DNA from: Sphyrna mokarran
Taxonomy: Eukaryota
Direction of reading: 5' to 3'
Assembly: GCA_024679065.1 (NCBI GenBank)
Contig: JAGIQG010000009.1
Span: 95,666,001-95,730,000, forward strand
DNA length: 64,000 nt
Shown here: piece by piece, positions 1 through 13,100 of the stretch
How positions within the stretch are numbered: position 1 is the first letter of the stretch
How the letters are laid out: the number at the start of each line of letters is the position of its first letter
Made by a program: the position numbers and the translations under genes
Notes under the pieces: generated by a model
What the model saw: only the letters and a program-made list of their open reading frames with translations
What the model was told of the DNA's origin: nothing
Databases searched by the model: none

Positions 1-852
1 TGAGGTCTAAAGGGGGAGAACAGTTTAAAAGTTTTGAAACTGAAAACTTGTAACCGCTACAATGAAAAAAAGACAGAAGAAATTGGAATTCACAAATTCG
101 TTACATGTGAATTAATATTTTAAGAAGAAATTTGCTGGGATTTAAAATACACTTTAGCTTCTTTCTGTGAATGTTCTGAAGTAAACCATACATGTGACTG
201 TCTCAATTTCAGATGATTTGAAAAATGTAAGTATCATTTAATTTTCTGCTTAAATAATTATGTGTCATCTAAGATAAAGAGCAAACGTGTTAGTGCCAGA
301 AATCAAATTCAATGTCAAAAAATTATATTTGATTACCAATATTATCCAGAGCTCATAGTTGAGAGAGGATGGAAAATAATGGGATGTTTGTCCAAGGAGA
401 GTGATTGAGAGATGTAGTGTTAGGAAACATACACACTGCACACATATCAGCATCATCATGGGTGTAATCTAGTATTGAGATATATTTTACAGAAAGAAAA
501 ATAGTTTAGATGGGTAATTTGCTGACTTTCTCTTGGTGATGTTTGTGCCCTTGTACAGAGGAAGGTTCCTAACCAGCTAATAAGATTTTTAAACAGGATC
601 TCTCAAAAGACAGAACATTAGTAAAGTGTTACATGATCCTTACAACAAGCTAACAAGAATCATTTACACAAATATGAAGGCAGAAACAGAATCAAACAAG
701 TAGTTATGATTTAAAAACATATATGTTGATATTTTAAACATATGTTAAATTTATTATTCACATCAGCCAAAGCAAGCAGTACAGAGACTCATTCACAAGC
801 TGCACTGGGCACAGCATCTTATTTGGCCAAACCTAAAGACATCTCCTGGTCT

Positions 853-1112
853 GGGCAGCACAGTGGTTAGCACTTCTTCATAGCGCCAGGGGCTTGGGTT
901 CGATTCCTGGCTTGGGCAACTGTTTGTGCCGAGTCTGCACATTCTCCCCGTCTCTTTGTGGGGTTCTTCCCGCATTCTGAAAGTTGTGCTGTTGAGGTGC
1001 ATTGGAAATGCTAAATTTTCCCTCAGTGTAACTGAACAGATGCCAGAGGATTTTCACAGTAAGCTTCACTGCAATGTTAACATAAGTCTATTTGTGACAC
1101 TAATAAATAAAC
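853..1112 (+). mobile_element. tRNA-derived SINE (HE1/V-SINE-like, MER6-type tail)
   Basis: GGCAGCACAGTGGTTAGCAC..GGGTTCGATTCC boxes, TTCTCCCCGT core. Confidence 0.75.
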
Positions 1113-3029
1113 TTGGAACTTTAACTTATGCTCAGCACCCTCTTCCCCTGCCCACCACTCCCCCTCACCCCAACTATATACAAATGCCAAGGTAGCTCTA
1201 TCGAAGAGGATGCAGCAGTGGGACATGTTACAGTGATTCAGATGAAATGTGTACGGAAACATTGCACATTCTTCACCTCTCATCTCGGTTATTTCCGAAG
1301 ACATTTAAGAGACAATCGCATTGCTGTGGTTTTGGATTAAAATGTAGAGCAGACCAGGTAAGGACAGCAGATTTCCTTCCTTCAAGGACATTAGTGAATG
1401 AGATAGGTTTTTACAACAGTTGGCAATGGCTTCGTGGTCATCGTTAGACTTTTTTTTTATTGAGTTCAATTTCCATTCTCTCCCATAATGGGATTCAATC
1501 CAGGTTCCCAGAGCTTTATCCTGTGTCTCTGGATTCCTATTTAGTGACAATACCTCAACACTACCAGCATGGGAAGTACCGGGCATGTATCACACACCTT
1601 GATGTCTGATGGGTTATCAAAATCAGGAATTACTACTTGGGGAGGTGGAACTGGATAGGAACACAAAGGTCACCTTCCTGCATCTTAGAGATCTTAATCT
1701 GGAATGAGAGGCTGGAATGATAAAAGATTATTGTGATCCAGTTAAAGAGATGTGCAAAGATCTGATTTCATCTTCACTAATAATCCCATGTGGTAATTTG
1801 TTTTGAAAGTCCATATACATATATCCACCAAATATTCCCATCACGATTAGTTACCACCTCTTGATGTGCATTTCTGAACTTGTAATGGTCCCTCTGCTGT
1901 GGGAGCAGAGAGGATTGTCACTCTGCCTCTGCTGTTCTCAGCCAGACTCTCTGGTCTAAACACAACACCCTGCCCCCAGCTACTGTGGGGACCTGTGGCC
2001 TATCGTGACCCTGTTGCCTATTTGCGCTGATCTAACCTCACAAATTGCTCCATCCCCCCACCCACTCAGACAGATCGACTTCAGGATACCCTGTCCCACA
2101 ACAATGGCCAGTCCAAAACCTCCCCGCCAACTCCGCCGCCAAGGCCAACCCGAAGCATGACCCTCCCTCCCACAGTGATCACTGTTGCACAGTGCACAGT
2201 GGTTCCACCCTCCCCCACCCCCCACACTGCCCCCCCTCCCCTCCCAGCATCAATCAGTCGCCCCAACCTGGCCCTTCTCCAAAAGGCCTGCCCCCTCAGG
2301 CACCACATTCGTGGTATAGCCTGATACCCGTTGGCAGTGCCACGGTGCTAGACTGGCACAGCCCAAGGAGCACTTTCCCTGCCAGTTACCCCTGGTGGGG
2401 AGCCACAAAGCCTCTATTTCTACCAGCGAGGCCATTACATCTAGGTCCCCATTGGTGGGGGCCAGCTGTGATTCTCACTGGAGAGAATCTCTCCTGGCGA
2501 GGCCACAGTGGCAAGTGAACTCAGACAATAGCGTCCCAGGCACGTGAATTCAATACAGAAGATATGTTAATATTATTTAAATGATTTATTCAGCCTTGTA
2601 CTGGAAATGTAAGTGAGGCTGACCTTGCCGGATGTCTGGTGTGAGTAAGATCGTGAAAGGGGAGAAATCGGGTGTGAACCTGATTTCTCGACTTGCTCAC
2701 CCTATTACCGGCTCACCCTGCCAATCAGCCAGTAGGGCACAAAGATAAGATCACCTCCCTAGACAGGATAAACAGAGTGAAATTTTTAATAAACTTACAT
2801 AAGCTACTATTAGAGAAACCACGGTCTCTGTTAAAGCTTACACGGTAAGCATCAATGCTTCCACACAAGGAAAGTAAGCCTAAAATAGAGGTTCATTTAT
2901 TAACAAAGACTACTAAACTGAAAGAGTTCACTAAATTAGATATCTGGAGATGGCAAAGTATTTGATATCTCCAAACCCAGGCTCAAGTTTGGATGTTACA
3001 GAGGATTTGTAACAACATGAATTCAGCGA

Positions 3030-3310
3030 ATCATAGAATCCCTACAGTGTAGAAGGAGGCCATTTGGCCCGTCAAGTTTGCACTGACCAGAATCCAACAG
3101 GCTCTGTTCCTGTAACCCATATATTTATCCTGTTAATCTTGCTGATACTAGGGTCAAGTTATCATGGTCAATCAACCTAACACGGAGGAAACCCACACAG
3201 TCACATGGAGAATGTGCAAACACAGACAGTGACCCATGGCCTGAATTGAACCCTGGCCTCTTGGTGCTGTGAGGTAGTAGTGCAAACCACTGTGCCACCG
3301 TGCTGTCTCA
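3030..3310 (-). mobile_element. HE1-like SINE
   Basis: tRNA head at ~3240-3305, CR1-type tail ATCATAGAATCCCTACAG. Confidence 0.7.
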
Positions 3311-5099
3311 CTGTGCCATCACGCCACCTCTATTTGGTCAGCTAACATGATTAAATCTTCATGCTAATTGAATATTATAATTGTTATAATGCAGTCAGAA
3401 ACTCCAAGGTATTTTATGAAGTCAGCCTGAACCATAAGTTTTACACTTTGAATTTGGCTGGGCTAAGCATAAAATGATTCACTTCAGCTATGATTTAAAT
3501 GACCCAGTAGAGAGCTTTAATCAAACAAAGTTTAATTAAATATACTGTTAAGAAATAGAATGAAAATTAGTAATAATCTTTACTATACAAACAAGAAAAA
3601 ACACAACCATGATATTGTATAAACCTTAACAAATAAATGCATGTTCCAATACAACAAACATCTTTATAAACATACATCTACCTCAGGATTAGCACAGAAA
3701 ATAAGAATGCTCTCATGGTTTTGCAGCTTAGCAATGCCTGTTGTGAATTAGTCCTTTGGATAGAATTGAAACTCTGGTGTCTCAGCCTTGTAACTTCTAG
3801 CAGACATTGTGGTAGAGATAAAGCCACTGCTGTTATCTAGCTATTAACCAGCAAACCACTGACAGCAAAGTTTTCATTCCAGGAAGGCAAGAAAAACTGT
3901 GTATAATATTGCAGAATTTCTAACAGGGAGAGTGGCATGGAAATACTGTCTTTCAGTTTGAAGTCCAAACATCTTCTAACTAAAAAGCAGCCGGCACCTC
4001 CAGCCAAAAGTGAAAAACTCTTGTCATCTGACCTATCAATCATTCTTCTCTCTAATATTTGAAAAGGGTTGTAAACTCATAAAACTCCAAGACATCACAG
4101 AAGGCCCAGATTAAAAATAAACAAAACCCATTTAACCCATTTAAGTAGCAATGAAAGGATACCTAAGCACACAAGTTGACAACAATAATAAAAAAAAGCT
4201 ACCTACAAAATGCAGGGAACAGACTTAAATGATATATTTCTTAAAGCACAGTAGCATCACATAATTAAACAGGCATGCAAAAGTGGTAATTATCATATGT
4301 ATCTTTTGCATGTTGTAACTTTAATCAGTAGTTGTAAGTGAATAGAGATAACTCCCACAGCTTGATTAGTATGTTAGATACTAGTAATTGTATCTAAAAG
4401 TATAACTGCTTGTGCAATTCTGACATCTGTATTCTGGCTTACTTTCTGGGATCCTTGATTTTATAACTCGCGGATCAAACAGATGTGTGATTTGGTTTAG
4501 CTACATCAAGGGAAAAAAACTTGTAACAACTTGAAAAGGCTGATCAACAAAATGCCTCACAACACAGGGCAGATCAGAATAGCTTAAATAGTGTAGGTCC
4601 TGATAGAGCAATCCCTGACAACCCATAACCTTTAGAATCAGTGCAGGGCAAACAATGAATCACCTGATGAAGGAGCAGTGCTTACAAAAGCTTGTGATTC
4701 CAAATAAACTTCTTGGACTTTAACTTAGTGTTGTGAGACTTCTTACTCCACAATCTGTGCAGAATAAACAGGTCAGATCAGAATAGCTTCAAAAGTGCAG
4801 CTCCAGATGGAACAATCCCTGGTAAACGATTGCCACAGTTCCGTTCACAGAGAATCACATAAGCAGTGTTTAAATCAGTCCGTCGCAGTTATTTCAATGA
4901 AGTCTTCCCAGATTCTCGCATACACTCTGCCACTGATCTCGGGACTAATATCCCTGGATTACAAATGGGACACTGAGGATGAGAAAGAAATACATCGCTA
5001 TAGAGTGAAATAAACCCAGCAGAGCTGGAACACCCCCAACAAAATCCATCAGATCCACCCAACTCCCACATATACCAGAAGCAAAATCTATCAGATCCC

Positions 5100-6520
5100 G
5101 AACACTTTAATACTGCTGAAACCTGGAATAGTACAGGGACAGTAGGGATGAAATTAAAAGGGAAACCAGGAAAGTAATGTGAGGGCGTGAAAACATCAAG
5201 AAACCTCCAAGGAAGTTCTCTAAGTACATGAAAAGAAAAGGAGAAGGAAAGGCTAGGGTCTGTTGCAGACTATTAAAATAGTCCAGGTAAGAGGGTGGAG
5301 AATGTGGTGACATTGTGAATAAATACATTGCCACTATCTTTGGGAAACAGGGATCAATGCTGATATTGCAGTTAAGGAAGAAGCGTATGAAGTACTGCGT
5401 CAGATAAACATTGTAACAGACGATGTATTAACAGATTTTAGCATTTTGAAAATAGATAAATCTCCTGGTTAAAAGAAGCAAAGGAGGACATTCAAGAGGC
5501 TCTGATCATTAGGATCATCCATGCCAGGCTACAGGAGTGTGGAAGGAGATTAAAGGACTGCCAACATTACACCATGGATTAAAGAGGGAAGAACAGGTAA
5601 TCTGAGTAATTATATACCAGTTAGTGTAACTTCAGTGTTGGAAAAATTATTGGAATCAATTTTCAGGAATGGTCCAAACCTTCATTTAAGCTAAATTGAA
5701 TTAAAATTTGGAAAAGGTGTGAGGAGGATTGATGAGGGCAGTGGGGTGAACATGGTCCAGAGAGATTTTAATAATGTTTTAGACAAAACATCCCACATGG
5801 TCCCACATGGTGGGTTGGTCAGAAATATAAAACTATATTGAGATCCAACACATCCGACAAACCAGACCCTAAATTAGCTCAGTGGCAGGAAGCAAAGGGT
5901 TAAGAGGATTTAGTAACTGCAAGGCTGTCAGCAGTGAGGTTTCAAAGGACCCAGCTCTCATGCCTTTGCTTTTCGTAGTTTGTATTAATGAATTAGATTC
6001 AAATATAGGGAGAATGATAAAGAAGTTTAGAGATGTACAAATATTTTCTGTGGGTGGCAGTGAGGAGGAAAGCTTCAGAATGCAGGAAGATAGGAGATGG
6101 TCTGGGCAGTGGGGAAGAACAGTGGGAAATGGAATTCCATCCCGAGCAGTGAGAGGGGATGGATTTTCAGAGTATTAACAAGGTGAAGGGAATTCCCAAT
6201 AAGTGGGAGGACAATGAATAATGTGGAAGACAGAGGGACCCAGAAGTGTGTGTCCACACACTGGGAAAAGTATCAGATCAGCTTAGTTACGCTGATTAAC
6301 AAGACATACAACATGTTTTCCTTTATTAGCCAAGGTGAGACCTGGGTTTTGCTAAAACTACAAACAACATCAGATAGACTACAGCTGAAGCATTGCACAT
6401 AGTCTGATCAGAAAGGATGTGATTGTATTAGACAGAAAGCAGAGGAGATTGTTTAATGTGGAGAGCTTTTCATTATCAGGCAGGGATTCAATGAGCTGAA
6501 TGGCTCAGTCCGAAGCGTAG
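5100..6520 (+). mobile_element. Old CR1 fossil in the 3' flank, shared by all three paralogues
   Basis: Homologous to ~30480-32410 and, inverted, 61100-62350. Confidence 0.6.
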
Positions 6521-6540
6521 ATGTTTTAACATTCAATGAA

Positions 6541-6665
6541 ACACCAGCTAAGCCCATCAGAGCCCCAAACACCAGCTAAGCCCATCAGAGCCCCAAACAC
6601 CAGCTAAGCCCATCAGAGCCCCAAACACCAGCTAAGCCCATCAGAGCCCCAAACACCAGCTAAAC
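6541..6665. repeat. 28-nt minisatellite downstream of gene A (4+ units)
   Basis: ACACCAGCTAAGCCCATCAGAGCCCCAA tandem. Confidence 0.9.
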
Positions 6666-6995
6666 TGATAAGTTCTACTCCACACCCCAAAACATTCAGC
6701 AAATGATCAGACTCATCATAAAACACAACTAATATTAAATCCTGGGGAGTGGCACAGCTCAGTGACCAACTTCAATGAACTCCCTCTGCAATCTGAGACA
6801 TTTCCTACAATTCACAGATACTCCCCCTTTATCATGAGACCTTTACCCTCCCTATCCCCATCCTGGGACTCTTTCACCCACTCTGTTCTCCCCACACCAA
6901 CCTGAGACCCACAGCCTGAGCCACCCCCACTCTGGAATACTCTCCCAGAATCCCTCCCCCCAGTGAGGAGCTGCTATTTTCCCTCCAATTCCTAC

Positions 6996-7100
6996 CTTTC
7001 TTGTTGTAGATGACGACCCCCACAATGATGAGAGCGATGAGCACGAGGACCCCGACCACAATCCCGACAGTAACAGCAACCTGGGAGCGAGACTTTGGTT
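6996..7100 (-). CDS. MHC class I gene A, exon 5 (transmembrane)
   Basis: EPKSRSQVAVTVGIVVGVLVLIALIIVGVVIYNKK; 105 nt; no exon 6/7 homologue downstream (deleted), read-through frame ends at 6874. Confidence 0.9.
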
Positions 7101-8311
7101 CTGTTAGAGAGAGAATCAGAGAAACTGAGTGAATCAGGGAGAAGGAAAAGTGAGAATCAGAGAGACAGAATGTGAATAGTGGGAGAGAATGAGAGAGAGA
7201 GAGAAGTGAGAAAGCTGGCATTAAAGAATGAGTGAGGAAGTGAATGAGAGATAGAGAAAGCTCAGAGGGAAAAAATGAAAGAGTGAATCAAAGAGAGAGA
7301 AAGAGAAATGTGAGAGTGAAAATGACAGAGGAAGAAAGAGAAGTGAGAGAGTGAATCAGGCAGTGAGGGAGAATCAGGAAACACAGGATATATGACACAG
7401 AAACTGGCCAATCAGCCCATCCAGTTGATACTGGTGTTAATGTTCTACTTGAGGCTCCTCCTGTCTTTTTTTCTCGTCTAATTCAACCATTTTAAATCTA
7501 TTCCCTTCTCCCTCATTTGCTTGTCTATCTTCCCATTAAACTATACTGTTCAGTTCAGTCACTCCCTGTGGCAGCGAGCTCCACATTCTCATCACTCTTT
7601 GGGTGAAGAGGGTTCTCATGAATTCTCCATTGAGTTTCTTGTATTGATGGTCACTGGATATGTTCTTCCCACAGGAGGAACACTCTCAATGTGTCCGCTC
7701 TATAAAAAACCTTTCATAATTTTAAAGTCCTCGATTAGATCAACCCTCAGCGTTCTGTTTTCCCAAGAGCAGGGACCCAGCCGGTCAATCCTTTCCTGAG
7801 ATGATCCACCCACTCATTTCTGGAATCATCTCTGTAAATCTTCTCCACACTCTCTCCCCTGACTCTATATCCTTTGATTGAAACAGTGACTGGAACTACG
7901 CACAGTCTTTAAATGTGGTCTAACCAAGGTTTGGCAATAACATCCCTGCTTTACAATTCTATTCTTCGAGAAGTAAAGCCTGGTTTTCGATGTTATTTTG
8001 TTTATTGCCTAACCTGTAACAGTATGTTTACTGATTGGTGTATTTGTACACCAAGATCCTTTGTTTCTCAACCCTCCCTATTCATTGTTAACTGAAAAAT
8101 ATCTCATGTTTATCTGTGCTGAACTTAATTCACCAACTATTTGCTGGAGTTTATTCATGTCCTATTAATTTATTCCAGTTCTCCTCAAAATCAAATAATT
8201 CCCCCAATTTGGTATTATCTGCAAATTAAGAAATGGTGTTTTTGATTCCAATATCCAAGTTATGGAGTGTAAGTTGTGAATAACAGTGATCCCAACACTG
8301 ATTCTTGTGGA

Positions 8312-10135
8312 ATGATGGAGGAGCCCAGAACATCAGTGCAGAAGATAAAGTCGAAGTATTCACAGCAATCTTTAGCCTGAAGTGCCGAGTGGATGATCCA
8401 TCTCAGCCTCCTCCAGTGGTCCCCAGCATCTCAGATATCAGTCTCCAGATAATTTGATTCTCTTCACGTGATATCAAGAAATGGTTGGAGACACTGGATA
8501 CTGCAAAGGCAATGGGCCCTGATAACATTCCACCAATAGTACTGAAGACTTGTGCTCCAGGACTTGCTGCTCCCCAAGCCAAGCTCTTCCAGTACAGTTA
8601 TAACACTGGCATCTACCCAACAATGTGGAAAATTGCTCAGGTATGGCCTGGACACAAAAAGCAGGATAAACCCAACCCAGCCAATTCCTGCCCAATCAGT
8701 CTACTATTGATCACCAGTAAAGTGATGGAAGGAGTTATTGACAGTGTTATCATGCAGCCCCTGCTCAGCAATGCCCAGTTTGGGTTTTGCCAGGGTCACT
8801 CAGCTCCTGACATCATTACAGCCTCGGTTCAAACATCGACAAAAGAGCTGAATTCCAGAGGTGAGATGAGAGTGACAGCCTTTGAAATCAAGACCACATT
8901 TGACCAAGTGTGGATCGAGGAGCCCGAGCAAAACTGGAATTAGAAGGGACAAACTCTCCTCAGCCTTCAGTTTTCCCAAGAGCAGAGACCCAGCCGGTCA
9001 ATCCTTTCCTGAGATGCCCACCCACTGATTTCTAGAATCACTCTGTAAATCTTTTCTACACTCTCTCCCCTGACTCTATATCCTTTGTATGAAATGGTGA
9101 CCAGAACAGCACATGGTTGGAGTCAGATCTGGTACATAGGAAGATGGCTGTGGTTGTGGAGGGTCAGTCACCTCAGTTCTATGACATCTCAGCAGGAATC
9201 TCTCAGGGTAGTGTCCCAGGCCCAAAAATCTTCAGCTGCTTCACCAATGACCTTCCCTCCATCATGAGGTCGGAAGTGGGGATGTTCACAGTTGATCGCA
9301 CAATGCTCAGCATCATTCGTGGCTTCTCAGACATTGAAGCAGTCCATGTCCAAATGCAACAAAATCTGGACAATATCCAGGCTTGGGCTGACAAGTGGCA
9401 AATAATATTCGCACCACATAAATTACAGGCAATGACCATCACCAACATGAGATATTCTAACCACTGCCCCTGAACATTCAATGGCGTAACCATCACTGAA
9501 TTCCCCCTCTGTCAACATCCTTGGGGTTACCATTGACCAGAAACTCAGCTGGACTCACCACATAAACACAGTGGCTGCAGGACAGGTCAGAGGCTAGGAA
9601 TACTGTGGCAAGTAACTCACCTCCTGACTCCCCAGAGCCTATTCACCATCTACAAGGCACAAGTCAGGAGTGTGATGGAATACTCTCCACTTGCCTAGAT
9701 GGGTGCACCTCCAATAACACTCAAGAAGCTTGACACTATCCAGGACAAAGCATTTCACTTGATTGGCACCACGTCGACAAACATTCAATCTGTCTACTAC
9801 CGACGCTGTAGCAGCAGTGTGTACTATCTACAAGATGCACTGCAGCAATTCACTGAAGATCCTTAGATAGCATTTTCCAAATACACAACCACTTCCATCT
9901 AGAAGGACAAGGACAGCAGACGAATGGGAAAACCACCACCTGCAAGTTCCCCTCCAAGACACTCACCATCCCGACTTGCAAACATATCACCGTTCCTGTG
10001 TGGTCACTGGGTCAAGATCCTAGAATTCCCTCCCTAACAGCATTGTCACCATCACCTTCTCAAGGGCAACTAGGGATGGGCAATAAATGCTGATCAGCCA
10101 GCGACACCCATGACCCACGAATGAATAAAAAAAAC
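8312..10135 (+). mobile_element. Degenerate L2/CR1-type LINE RT fragment, gene A intron 4
   Basis: KAMGPDNIP, QFGF, GISQGSVPGP; tail GGGCAACTAGGGATGGGCAATAAATG plus polyA. Confidence 0.85.
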
Positions 10136-10599
10136 ATTTTCCACTTCCTGTCACTCTGAATAACTCCCTTTACTCACACTCTCTGCTTTCTGTCTCAAAG
10201 TCAGTGAGTGATCCATTCTGTCACTCATCCCCTAACTCCACATGCTTTGACCTTGTCAATCAATCCATCGCAAACCCTCTTTTTTATTACATTTGAAAAA
10301 TTATATATTATATCTATTATATTAGCATTGTCTATTCCCTTTGTTACATCCTCAAAAAATCCACTGAGTAAAATAAGATTTTCCATTTCAAAATCCATGC
10401 TGACTGTTCATTGTCATAATATTTGATTCTAGATTTTCATGAATTGTCTCCAATAGAAGGAATTCCTTTATTTTTCTGAATACTGATCTTAATCTGACTG
10501 AAGTAAACTTCCAGGATGCACTGGGTCCTGTCCTACTGTAATATTTATTATTGTCACATGTATTGAAACAGTGAAAACTATTGTTTCTTGGTCTTGTCT

Positions 10600-11420
10600 G
10601 TTCTCTAATATCCCAGGCACACCATGCCCTACCTCCTGTAATATCCCAGCATACATTAGACCCTGTCTCTCTTCTAATATCCCAGGATATCCTGTCTGCC
10701 CTGTAATATCCCAGGCACACCATGCCCTACCTCCTGTAATATCCGGGGATACATCAGGCCCTGTCTACCCTCTAATAACCCAGGCACATTGGGCCCTACC
10801 TCCTGTAATACCCTATGATACCCTGGGTCATCACATACAGTAATATCTCAGGATACACCAAGCCCTGTAAGGCTGCAAAATCCCAGGATACACTAGAATT
10901 TGTCCTATTATAATATCTCAGGATACACTGCATTCTGTATTACTGCAGTATCCCAGGATACGTTAGGTCCTGTCAGGCTGCAATATCCCAGATACACTGG
11001 GCACCACCATACTGTAATATCTCCCCAGGTCCAGACTTTCTCTAATGTCCAATGATACATCAGGCCCTGTGCTACTGTAAAATACCATGATACTTGATAT
11101 CATGTCATACTGTAGTATCCCAGGACACACCAGGTCTTGTTATACTGTAATATCCAAGGATACACAAATACCAATCATACTATAATATGCCAGGATATGC
11201 CAGGCTCTTTTATACTGTAATATCCCAGGATATACCAACACCAGTCATACTTCAACATCCCGTCCCACAATAATATCTCAAAATGCACTGGGTCATGTCG
11301 TACAATAATATCCTTGGACACACTGGGCTCTGTTATGCTCTAATATCCTGAATAAACCAGGCCTTTATGTACAGTAACATCTCAGGATTCACTTGGCCTT
11401 GTCCCTATTGTAATATCCCA
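10600..11420. repeat. Degenerate ~38-40 nt tandem repeat (TAATATCCCAGGATACAC core), gene A intron 4
   Basis: Recurrent core; continues at 12400-12600; inverted homologue at 54430-54945 and 56010-56680. Confidence 0.8.
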
Positions 11421-11424
11421 ACTA

Positions 11425-12402
11425 AAGAATAACATAGAACATTACAGCACAGAACAGGCCCTTCGGCCTTCGATGTTGCTCCGACCAATATAAAAAGCAA
11501 TGCCCCTCCAAACTAAACCATTCCCTTCTCTTCCATATACTTATCAACTAACCTCTTAAACGCCACCAAACTTGGCGCATCTACAACTGCTGCAGGCAGG
11601 GCATTCCACTCCCGAACCACCCTTTGGGTAAAGAACCTACCTCTGATATCCGTCCTATAACTATCACCCCTTAATTTAAAGCTGTGTCCCCTCGTGCTAG
11701 CTTTCTCCATCCTAGGAAAAAGGCTATCACTGTCCACCCTATCTAAACCTCTAATCATCTTATATGTTTCGATCAGGTCCCCTCTTAGCCTCCTCCTTTC
11801 TAACGAAAACAACCTCAAATCCCTCAGCCTCTCCTCATAAGACCTGCCCTCCATACCAGGCAACATCCTGGTAAACCTCCTCTGTACCCTCTCCAATGCC
11901 TCCACATCATTCTTATAATGTGGGGACCAGAACTGCACACAACACTCCAAGTGCGGCCGCACTAGAGTTTTGTACAGTTGCAACATGACGTTGCGGCTCC
12001 GAAATTCAATCCCTCTACCAATAAAAGCCAAGACTCCATATGCCTTCTTAACAACCTTCTCGACCTGACTGCCTACTTTCAGGGATCTATGCACATACAC
12101 ACCAAGATCCCTCTGTTCATCTAGACTACTAAGAATCCTACCATTTGCCCTATACTCTACACATTTATTATTTCTGCCATAGTGCATTACCTCACACTTT
12201 TCCACATTAAACTCCATTTGCCACCTCTCGGCCCAGCTCTGCAACTTGTCCAAGTCCCTCTGCAAACTATAACACCCCTCTTCACTATCTACCACTCCAC
12301 CGACTTTAGTGTCATCTGCAAATTTACTAATGCATCCTTCAATACTCTCATCCAGATCATTTATAAAAATTACAAACAGCAGGGGCCCCAAAACAGACCC
12401 CT
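11425..12402 (-). mobile_element. Young 5'-truncated CR1 LINE in gene A intron 4
   Basis: Open RT C-terminal frame (QGSVLGP, KFADD, LVRPHLE), CR1 3' tail; absent at the homologous site in gene C. Confidence 0.9.
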
Positions 12403-12768
12403 GAATCTCACGATACACATCGTCATGTCCTACTGTAATGCCCAATAATGCAATGGGTCCTATATCCCATTTATTTCCCTGTCATACTGTAATATCCCAA
12501 GGTACACCAGGCAGTATCTATCCTGTAATATTCCACAACATATTAGATCCTGTTGCACTGTAATACAGCAAAATACAGTGGAGTATGTTTCATATCAAAT
12601 CCACAGACACACAACTATTTCCCTCTAATGGCAGTGATACATAACACATTGAAGGTTAATATTTATTTCCCTCTCTCTATATCCTGCACTGACAGCTCAG
12701 CACTGACCCTTCCTCCTATGATCCTGCTCTGAGGCTGGGTCCTCTCTAACTGTGAGAAACAGTCTTAC

Positions 12769-13032
12769 CATAAATCACCACCAGTGTCTCCTTCATCCCG
12801 CTGTGTTCCACCCGACAGGAATACTCGGCCCGGTTCTCTGGATCAAACTCAATCCATTTCCGGATCTGGTAGGTGATGTCATGATTGGGTAAGATCCCAG
12901 TGGACAGAGTCTCACCAATCACCACTCCGTCTCTGCACAGATTCACCTCGACGGCTTGAGGGTAAAACCCGGTGACGGCACAGGACAGCCGGTTAGAATC
13001 ACCCAGACGGGTAAAGGACACGATGGGGGCAA
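12769..13032 (-). CDS. MHC class I gene A, exon 4 (alpha3 Ig C1 domain)
   Basis: VAPIVSFTRLGDSNRLSCAVTGFYP...PNHDITYQI...YSCRVEHSGM; 264 nt, AG/GT. Confidence 0.95.
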
Positions 13033-13100
13033 CTGAGAGAGAAAGAAAGAGGAGTCAGTACAGGAACCTCGAGATAGAGAGTCCCGGCATCACCCCCTTC

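Noticed and set aside
853-930. tRNA-like A/B boxes at many sites
   Set aside because: These are SINE heads followed by SINE core, not tRNA genes
3380-4530. Possible solo LTRs (also ~18380-18900 and ~34700-35240)
   Set aside because: No TSD, PBS or paired LTR could be verified by eye
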